Below are positions 17,094 through 23,592 of a stretch of 29,375 nucleotides of DNA, piece by piece; within the stretch, counting starts at the first letter, position 1; each line of letters starts with the position of its first letter. Position numbers and translations under genes: made by a program. The DNA is from a virus (Duplodnaviria; Heunggongvirae; Uroviricota; Caudoviricetes): the IMG/VR virus record IMGVR_UViG_2563366852_000005; one strand, written 5' to 3'. Under the pieces are notes generated by a model that saw only the letters and a program-made list of their open reading frames with translations, had not been told where the DNA came from and did no database searches.

Positions 17094-18167
17094 TTACGCT
17101 CCCGGCTCTGCGGTCGCTTTAGCCGGTGTGGAGAAATCACCGACCTTAATTTTTTCCACCAGACAACCGGCGGCGTAGTCTTCCACCACGTAATCAATGT
17201 TCATTGACTCGTAGTTCTCCACGCGGTCGAGTTTCGGGTTTTCCTCAATCACGCGGCGATGGCTGTCATCCATGTAGTAGATGGACAGGTTTTCCAGCTT
17301 CGTGATGAGCATCGCATCCGCCGGGAAGTACGGGACGCGTACCGCTGGCAGGTTACCGATGCGTTTCTGACTGATGATGACGTCAGCGGCCAGCATCTCG
17401 CTGTTGTCCTGCTCCTTGTTAACGATGGGGAAATACTTGTCCGCCAGTAGCTGACGCCCCACAATCACCACAAGGTCAGGGTCTTCCTGATACCACGGCT
17501 CAATCAGGTTGTTGGTCGCATCCATCACCAGTGCATCGAGGCTGGCATAATCACCGCCCTTACCCACGCGGATGACCTCAGAGGTCGTGTGACCTTCCTC
17601 GTCAGTGACCTTGCTCATCACGCGCGCCGGGGCTTCATTGCGGTATTTCTGCAGCCAGCCGACCGCCACATCCTGCAGCATCGGATTACTGTTGCGGTCA
17701 GAGGTTTCGGCACGCTTCACGCCGTTAAAACCGGCCATGATGAAATCAAGGGACTGGCGTTTGATAATGGCGTTACGGATACGGAGCTGGAAATCCTGAT
17801 AACGCGCCCACAGGTCAAGCGTTTTGTAGCGGATATAAAAATCGAAGTTAATCTGGTCGCATTCGTACTTGTTTGACGCCAGCTTCGAAAAATCCTTCGG
17901 CTGACGCTCGGTGCCACCGGCGGTGTCGGTGGTGCTGGCGATGGAGCCGGTGACACCGATGCCAATTTTTTCCCCTTTCATTTCGCTGACCGGCACAATG
18001 TTGATGCGGGTCAGGAAATCAGAGGACTCCTGCATGGTGTTCATCAGGGTCTGGGTGACCGACGGTTCAACGGTGAATTTTTTCGACACATCACCGGCGT
18101 CGATGCCGTTCAGTTCGGCAACACGTGACAGGTAGGCATTAAATTTAAAGCGGGTTTCCTGGCGCAT
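17094..18167 (-). CDS. N: Major capsid protein N
   Basis: 357 aa MRQETRFKFNAYLSRVAELNG... Confidence 0.94.
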   Translation of the reverse strand: MRQETRFKFNAYLSRVAELNGIDAGDVSKKFTVEPSVTQTLMNTMQESSDFLTRINIVPVSEMKGEKIGIGVTGSIASTTDTAGGTERQPKDFSKLASNKYECDQINFDFYIRYKTLDLWARYQDFQLRIRNAIIKRQSLDFIMAGFNGVKRAETSDRNSNPMLQDVAVGWLQKYRNEAPARVMSKVTDEEGHTTSEVIRVGKGGDYASLDALVMDATNNLIEPWYQEDPDLVVIVGRQLLADKYFPIVNKEQDNSEMLAADVIISQKRIGNLPAVRVPYFPADAMLITKLENLSIYYMDDSHRRVIEENPKLDRVENYESMNIDYVVEDYAAGCLVEKIKVGDFSTPAKATAEPGA

Positions 18168-18225
18168 AGTTTTTCCTGAAATTAAGGGTTAATCGTGAAG
18201 GTTTTCCCGGACTGACTGACGCCGG

Positions 18226-19080
18226 TCAGCAGTTCGTCATCAGGGCGTCACCGCCACCGCCGGTGGCTTTACTGCGGCGCTGCTGGGTCAGACTTTCGGT
18301 GTGGTCGAGACTGTTTTTCAGTCGGGTGAATGCCTGGCTGGTTTCATCTGCCCTGTCAGTCACCTCCTGCTTAAGTGAGGAAAAGGCGGTTTCCATCTCA
18401 GCGAGGCGCTGCTCAGTGGCGCTCAGTTTTTCCTGCACATGTTCAGCGACAGCGGTCACCGCTTCATGCACGTCATTCAGACGGGCGTCATCGCTGGCCT
18501 GTTTGCGGCCAAAAATGGATTTCACCTTTTCGGTCAGGGCGGTGAACACGGTTTCAGGCAGGTCTTCAAATTCCAGCTCAACAGGCGTTGCCACTGAAAT
18601 CAGGTTTTCAGGGCTTAATTTGAAGCGGTTCAGGGGGTTGTGTTTTGCCGTGCGGCAGAATTCCAGGTATTCCGTGCCGAGGCTTGCCGGGTCATCGGTG
18701 ACGGCCAGCCCCACCAGATAACATTTGCCGGTGTTGGCAAAGTTCGGCTGAATTTCCATTGAGGTATAGACCTTCTGCGCGGCCTTGTTCATCGCGATAA
18801 GGTCATCGGTCGGGGTGATTTTCGCAAACAGCGCCCATTTGCCTTTCAGCGCCGAATCATCGTCAATCTTTTCGGCCTTCAGTTCGACCACATCGCCATA
18901 ACGCTTAAAAATACCGTCAGGCAGGATGCCGCGCAGATGTTCCAGGTTAATGCGGCAACCATAGACTCGCGGGTCAAAGGTTTCGGCCATTTCCTGAATA
19001 TCCTGCGCACTGATGACACGCCCGTCACAGGTGTCACCCTCAACGCCGATACGAAAGAATTTTGAGACTTTTTTTGCCAT
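18226..19080 (-). CDS. O: Capsid scaffolding protein O (284 aa)
   Basis: MAKKVSKFFRIGVEGDTCDGRVISAQD...; start at MAKKV matches P2 gpO length; ORF-track N-terminal extension rejected. Confidence 0.92.
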   Translation of the reverse strand: MAKKVSKFFRIGVEGDTCDGRVISAQDIQEMAETFDPRVYGCRINLEHLRGILPDGIFKRYGDVVELKAEKIDDDSALKGKWALFAKITPTDDLIAMNKAAQKVYTSMEIQPNFANTGKCYLVGLAVTDDPASLGTEYLEFCRTAKHNPLNRFKLSPENLISVATPVELEFEDLPETVFTALTEKVKSIFGRKQASDDARLNDVHEAVTAVAEHVQEKLSATEQRLAEMETAFSSLKQEVTDRADETSQAFTRLKNSLDHTESLTQQRRSKATGGGGDALMTNC

Positions 19081-19253
19081 TGTCAGGAGTCCTGAATAGT
19101 GATTAGAGGAGTCACATGTCGACATCAGTTTCCCGACGATGCGCATCCTCCGCCATCAGTCCCGGATGGCTTATCACTGACACAACAGCACCTTAGCGAA
19201 TCGCGGGGCGCGACTCAGTAGCCTTGCCGTGTATTCATCACGGCGAGGTATTC
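19081..19253. promoter_or_regulatory. Divergent late promoter region between O and P; contains palindrome ATGTCGACAT (19116..19125) and dyad GTGA-N9-TCAC (19099..19115)
   Basis: Position between divergent late operons; inverted repeats read directly; exact Ogr-box assignment not possible by eye. Confidence 0.45.
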
Positions 19254-21026
19254 ATGACCATCACCACAGACACCACTCTTTTACACGACCCGCGTCGTCA
19301 GGCGGCGCTGCTGTACTGGCAGGGATTTTCCGTGCCGCAGATTGCCGCCATGTTGCAGATGAAACGCCCGACGGTGCAGAGCTGGAAACAGCGCGACGGC
19401 TGGGACAGCGTTGCCCCCATCAGCCGTGTCGAAATGAGTCTGGAAGCGCGACTGACCCAGCTCATTATCAAACCGCAGAAAACCGGCGGTGACTTCAAGG
19501 AAATTGACCTGCTGGGACGCCAGATTGAACGACTGGCGCGGGTCAACCGCTACAGTCAGACCGGCAACGAGGCAGACCTTAATCCGAACGTCGCTAACCG
19601 CAACAAAGGCGGGCGTCGCAAACCGAAAAAGAATTTTTTCAGTGACGAGGCCATCGAAAAGCTGGAGCAGATTTTCTTTGAGCAGTCTTTCGACTATCAG
19701 TTGCACTGGTATCGCGCCGGGCTTGAGCACCGCATCCGCGATATCCTGAAATCCCGCCAGATTGGCGCAACGTTTTATTTTTCCCGCGAGGCGCTGCTGC
19801 GCGCCCTGAAAACCGGCCATAACCAGATTTTTCTGTCGGCCAGTAAAACGCAGGCGTATGTGTTCCGCGAATACATCATCGCCTTTGCCCGTCTGGTTGA
19901 CGTTGACCTGACCGGTGACCCGATTGTCCTGGGCAATAACGGCGCAAAACTGATTTTTCTCGGCACCAACTCCAACACCGCGCAGAGCCATAACGGCGAC
20001 CTGTACGTCGACGAGATTTTCTGGATCCCGAATTTTCAGGTACTGCGTAAGGTGGCATCAGGTATGGCCTCACAGAGCCACCTGCGCTCGACCTATTTCT
20101 CCACCCCGTCCACGCTGGCGCACGACGCCTACCCGTTCTGGTCGGGTGAACTGTTCAACCGGGGACGCGCCAGCGCCGCCGAACGCGTGGAAATCGACGT
20201 CAGTCATAACGCCCTTGCCGGAGGTCTTCTCTGTGCGGACGGCCAGTGGCGGCAGATTGTCACCATTGAGGACGCCCTGAAAGGTGGCTGCACGCTGTTC
20301 GACATTGAGCAGCTTAAACGCGAAAACAGCGCCGACGATTTTAAAAACCTGTTCATGTGTGAATTTGTTGACGACAAGGCATCGGTGTTCCCGTTCGAGG
20401 AGCTGCAACGCTGCATGGTCGACACGCTGGAAGAATGGGAAGACTATGCACCCTTTGCCGCCAATCCGTTCGGCTCCCGCCCGGTATGGATTGGTTACGA
20501 CCCGTCACACCGTGGCGACAGCGCCGGATGCGTGGTGCTGGCACCGCCGGTGGTGGCCGGTGGCAAATTCAGAATACTTGAGCGTCACCAGTGGAAAGGC
20601 ATGGACTTTGCCACCCAGGCTGAATCCATCCGCAAACTCACCGAAAAATACAACGTCGAATACATCGGAATTGATGCCACCGGCCTCGGTGTCGGCGTGT
20701 TCCAGCTCGTGCGCTCGTTCTATCCCGCCGCGCGCGATATCCGCTACACACCGGAAATGAAAACCGCAATGGTGCTCAAGGCAAAAGACGTTATCCGCCG
20801 TGGCTGTCTGGAATATGACGTCAGCGCCACCGACATCACCAGCTCGTTTATGGCTATCCGAAAGACCATGACCAGCAGCGGACGCAGCGCCACCTATGAG
20901 GCCAGTCGCAGCGAGGAAGCCAGCCACGCCGACCTCGCCTGGGCGACCATGCACGCCCTGTTAAATGAGCCACTCACCGCCGGTATCAGCACCCCGCTGA
21001 CATCCACCATTCTGGAGTTTTACTGA
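19254..21026 (+). CDS. P: Terminase large (ATPase) subunit P (590 aa)
   Basis: MTITTDTTLLHDPRRQAALLYWQGFSVPQIAAMLQ...; ORF-track start at 19224 is a TTG upstream extension. Confidence 0.93.
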   Translation: MTITTDTTLLHDPRRQAALLYWQGFSVPQIAAMLQMKRPTVQSWKQRDGWDSVAPISRVEMSLEARLTQLIIKPQKTGGDFKEIDLLGRQIERLARVNRYSQTGNEADLNPNVANRNKGGRRKPKKNFFSDEAIEKLEQIFFEQSFDYQLHWYRAGLEHRIRDILKSRQIGATFYFSREALLRALKTGHNQIFLSASKTQAYVFREYIIAFARLVDVDLTGDPIVLGNNGAKLIFLGTNSNTAQSHNGDLYVDEIFWIPNFQVLRKVASGMASQSHLRSTYFSTPSTLAHDAYPFWSGELFNRGRASAAERVEIDVSHNALAGGLLCADGQWRQIVTIEDALKGGCTLFDIEQLKRENSADDFKNLFMCEFVDDKASVFPFEELQRCMVDTLEEWEDYAPFAANPFGSRPVWIGYDPSHRGDSAGCVVLAPPVVAGGKFRILERHQWKGMDFATQAESIRKLTEKYNVEYIGIDATGLGVGVFQLVRSFYPAARDIRYTPEMKTAMVLKAKDVIRRGCLEYDVSATDITSSFMAIRKTMTSSGRSATYEASRSEEASHADLAWATMHALLNEPLTAGISTPLTSTILEFY

Positions 21027-22060
21027 TGAGCAAGAAAAAAGGGAAAACACCTCGACCTGCGGCAAAAACAATCACCGCCAGCGCCCCGAAAATGGAAGCA
21101 TTCACCTTTGGCGAGCCGGTGCCGGTACTCGACCGCCGTGACATTCTGGATTACGTCGAATGTATCAGTAACGGCAGATGGTATGAGCCGCCGGTCAGCT
21201 TTACCGGTCTGGCAAAAAGCCTGCGTGCTGCCGTGCATCACAGCTCACCGATTTACGTCAAACGTAATATTCTGGCCTCGACATTTATCCCGCATCCGTG
21301 GCTTTCCCAGCAGGATTTCAGCCGCTTTGTGCTGGATTTTCTGGTCTTCGGTAATGCGTTTCTGGAAAAGCGATACAGCACCACCGGTAAGGTCATCAGA
21401 CTGGAAACCTCACCGGCAAAATATACCCGCCGTGGCGTGGAGGAGGATGTTTACTGGTGGGTGCCGTCCTTCAACGAACCGACACCTTTCGCGCCCGGCT
21501 CCGTGTTTCACCTGCTGGAGCCGGATATTAATCAGGAGCTGTACGGCCTGCCGGAATATCTCAGCGCCCTTAACTCTGCCTGGCTGAATGAGTCGGCCAC
21601 ACTGTTCCGCCGCAAGTATTACGAAAACGGCGCACATGCCGGATATATCATGTATATCACCGACGCATTGCAGGATCGCGATTACATTGACTCACTTCGC
21701 GAAAACATGGCCAAGTCGAAAGGACGCAATAACTTTAATAATCTGTTTCTCTATGCCCCACAGGGAAAGCCAGACGGCATCAAAATTATCCCGCTCAGTG
21801 AAGTGGCGACAAAGGACGATTTTTTTAATATCAAAAAATCCAGCGCCGCTGACCTACTGGACGCGCACCGCATCCCCTTTCAGTTGATGGGTGGCAAGCC
21901 GGAGAACGTCGGGTCGCTGGGTGATATTGAGAAAGTGGCAAAGGTCTTTGTCCGCAATGAGCTTATCCCGTTACAGGACAGGATCCGAGAGATAAACGGC
22001 TGGCTCGGTCAGGAGGTCATCCGCTTTAAAAACTACTCACTGGACACTGACAACGGCTGA
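21026..22060 (+). CDS. Q: Portal protein Q (344 aa)
   Basis: MSKKKGKTPRPAAKT...MEAFTFGEPVPVLDRRDILDYVECISNGRWYEPP...; TGATG overlap with P. Confidence 0.94.
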   Translation: MSKKKGKTPRPAAKTITASAPKMEAFTFGEPVPVLDRRDILDYVECISNGRWYEPPVSFTGLAKSLRAAVHHSSPIYVKRNILASTFIPHPWLSQQDFSRFVLDFLVFGNAFLEKRYSTTGKVIRLETSPAKYTRRGVEEDVYWWVPSFNEPTPFAPGSVFHLLEPDINQELYGLPEYLSALNSAWLNESATLFRRKYYENGAHAGYIMYITDALQDRDYIDSLRENMAKSKGRNNFNNLFLYAPQGKPDGIKIIPLSEVATKDDFFNIKKSSAADLLDAHRIPFQLMGGKPENVGSLGDIEKVAKVFVRNELIPLQDRIREINGWLGQEVIRFKNYSLDTDNG

Positions 22061-22065
22061 ACATC

Positions 22066-22087
22066 GCCGCCTGCGGGCGGCTTTTTT
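22066..22087 (+). terminator. Intrinsic terminator after Q (GCCGCC-tgcg-GGCGGC then TTTTTT)
   Basis: Perfect 6-bp GC stem, 4-nt loop and six T immediately after the Q stop. Confidence 0.85.
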
Positions 22088-22229
22088 ACACCCCGTCATC
22101 ACGCCCTCACACGCTCACCACAGCACAAAACAGCCCGCAGACACAGCAACGCCCCAGCGCACAATCTAAACGCCATCACGACGCGCTCAGACACTGAAAA
22201 AATAAAATCAGCACCACCGCCAGCGCGCA

Positions 22230-22248
22230 GTGCTTTCCCCGCCTCGCC
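22230..22248. other. cos: cos site: 19-nt cohesive-end sequence GTGCTTTCCCCGCCTCGCC (reverse complement of the P2 cos GGCGAGGCGGGGAAAGCAC)
   Basis: Exact match to the P2 cohesive-end sequence as recalled from memory; located between Q and the old-side cargo as in P2. Confidence 0.75.
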
Positions 22249-22376
22249 TGCCCGCTTTATGGGTCGATTTTAATGCAAGTGCACGAACACACTGGAGACG
22301 CACCAGTACTGGCGGTGGTCACGTAGATCCGCCCCTTAAAAGCCATGCAGAATAATGCAACTATTGCGGGCGTCGG

Positions 22377-22796
22377 CTAATCATCTTCTAAAGGTGGAAT
22401 TTTGATGCCACTAATTAGCAGTACTTTCCGGTATGCCTCAAAAATAATGTTGTGTGTTTTTTGTAAATCATCGAGCATTTTTTGCCGTCCTGCTGGGGTA
22501 TCTTTGGCGAAATTATGAGCGCGAAAAAAATCATGTGCCAAGTAGTTTCGAGCTGATAGAGCCAGTTCTACATGTTGTAGCGTTTCATCATCTGCCACCC
22601 CTTTTTTACGCAATAAATTGCTTAGTCTGCCTAATGTTAACTTATCAAATTTTAAGAATTTTTCTTTTAATGTTGGAATGTCTTCGCCTTGCTTCATTTC
22701 ATGTTCGATAAGGACATTAATCAGTTCAACTTCCAACAATTGTGCAGCTTCTGAGGTGTAACCGAACTTCCAAAAGACTTCATCAAGCGTTGCCAT
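22377..22796 (-). CDS. Hypothetical small alpha-helical protein with an HEPN-type R-N-x3-H motif (RNYLAH); candidate RNase toxin or abortive-infection effector in the tin/old cargo slot
   Basis: 139 aa from ATG at 22796 (ORF-track start 22805 is GTG); GAGTGG Shine-Dalgarno-like element upstream; about 35% GC versus about 52% for the phage backbone; motif read from translation. Confidence 0.6.
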   Translation of the reverse strand: MATLDEVFWKFGYTSEAAQLLEVELINVLIEHEMKQGEDIPTLKEKFLKFDKLTLGRLSNLLRKKGVADDETLQHVELALSARNYLAHDFFRAHNFAKDTPAGRQKMLDDLQKTHNIIFEAYRKVLLISGIKIPPLEDD

Positions 22797-22933
22797 GTGT
22801 TCCACTCAAGATAAATGCAGGTTATGAAAAAGAAGAATGATGATGGAAATTCCAGATGAAGTCTAACGCCTCGCTCCGCTCGTTGTTCAACCCCGCCAGC
22901 CCTGAAAACAAGTTTCACGACTGGCGGCGTTCT
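22797..22933 (-). promoter_or_regulatory. Putative own promoter/leader region for the AT-rich HEPN-like gene
   Basis: 137-nt non-coding gap with a GC-rich to AT-rich transition upstream of the ORF; no clear consensus -35/-10 assignable by eye. Confidence 0.3.
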
Positions 22934-23140
22934 CTATCGTCTGCGTGGTGGTGGCGTAACTCTTGATTGACCGATATGGTTAAACCGCCCGTAATTATCC
23001 CGGACTATTTCGGCACACACGACCAGCTCATCGGGCGTCAGATTTTCGTTGACCATAATCCGCTGTAAACGCTGAACAATAGCCATCAGCTTGATATTTT
23101 TAGTTTTATGGTGCGGTATCTCGCCTGGTATTCTGTGCAT
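22934..23140 (-). CDS. Small hypothetical protein (68 aa), translationally coupled to the upstream ASCH-like gene (TAATG overlap)
   Basis: ATG at 23138..23140 overlaps the TAA of the upstream gene; helical-looking sequence MHRIPGEIPHHKTKNIKLMAIVQRLQRIMVNENLTPDELVV... Confidence 0.4.
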   Translation of the reverse strand: MHRIPGEIPHHKTKNIKLMAIVQRLQRIMVNENLTPDELVVCAEIVRDNYGRFNHIGQSRVTPPPRRR

Positions 23141-23592
23141 TATCCAAGCCACCCGTTTTGCTGTGCACGCTCCATCTGTTCATCTGAATAGTTCCATGCT
23201 CCATCCGTGGCAACCATTGCCCCGCCAGACATCCCCGTCTCTGGTTCATACATAACAGCAAGGCCGAGCTGATGCATAATTTCATGATTAATTCTGAATA
23301 CCAGACCACGCTCACTAAGTTCTTTCCAGTTCACAATCTCATATGCGCCTGTATTAAGCCGCTCAATACTTAGCAAGACATAATCTTCCAGCCAGTCTGA
23401 CAGGTCAGTAACATCTGTTATCCGGGCTTCAACCTTTCGCCCCGTATACACACCCTGCACCCATTCATGCAAAATCAACGTGTCCCCGCGCTCATAATTA
23501 CGGTCATTTTTCCGAAACTCTGCACGTTTATGTCCTTCCAGCACAAGGTCGAAATATTTTGCGTGCAGCTTTACCTCGTGAATTTTTGCCAT
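23140..23592 (-). CDS. ASCH/PUA-like (DUF3850-like) domain protein with a C-terminal HEIMH (HExxH) motif, translationally coupled to A
   Basis: 150 aa from ATG at 23590..23592 overlapping the A stop (TAATG); N-terminal pattern KIHEVKLHAKYFDLVLEGHKRAEFRKNDRNYERGDTLILHEW...YTGR resembles ASCH-like phage proteins; C-terminal INHEIMHQLG. Confidence 0.6.
   Translation of the reverse strand: MAKIHEVKLHAKYFDLVLEGHKRAEFRKNDRNYERGDTLILHEWVQGVYTGRKVEARITDVTDLSDWLEDYVLLSIERLNTGAYEIVNWKELSERGLVFRINHEIMHQLGLAVMYEPETGMSGGAMVATDGAWNYSDEQMERAQQNGWLG

Noticed and set aside
19281-19991. 236-aa minus-strand ORF inside terminase gene P, and other antisense ORFs within P, Q, N and O
   Set aside because: Fully contained within strongly supported genes on the opposite strand; no independent start context.
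22061-22376. Possible tRNA or small RNA gene near cos
   Set aside because: No cloverleaf-compatible inverted repeats or conserved tRNA boxes seen; the region is a CA-rich packaging sequence.
22721-22918. 65-aa minus-strand ORF spanning the HEPN-like gene start and upstream region
   Set aside because: Overlaps the better-supported ORF in another frame; translation has FFFF/low-complexity character from AT-rich DNA.
23140-23280. HEIMH as evidence for a true zinc metalloprotease
   Set aside because: The C-terminal segment is only about 50 aa, too short for a protease domain. HExxH can occur by chance, so it is reported only as a motif.
23106-23315. 69-aa minus-strand ORF inside the ASCH-like gene
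   Set aside because: Alternative frame within a coherent domain-encoding ORF; no coupling or ribosome binding site evidence.
22377-23592. Presence of P2 tin/old homologues
   Set aside because: No ORF of Old size (about 590 aa) or with an ATPase Walker motif is present in the slot; the resident ORFs are 139-150 aa with different features.
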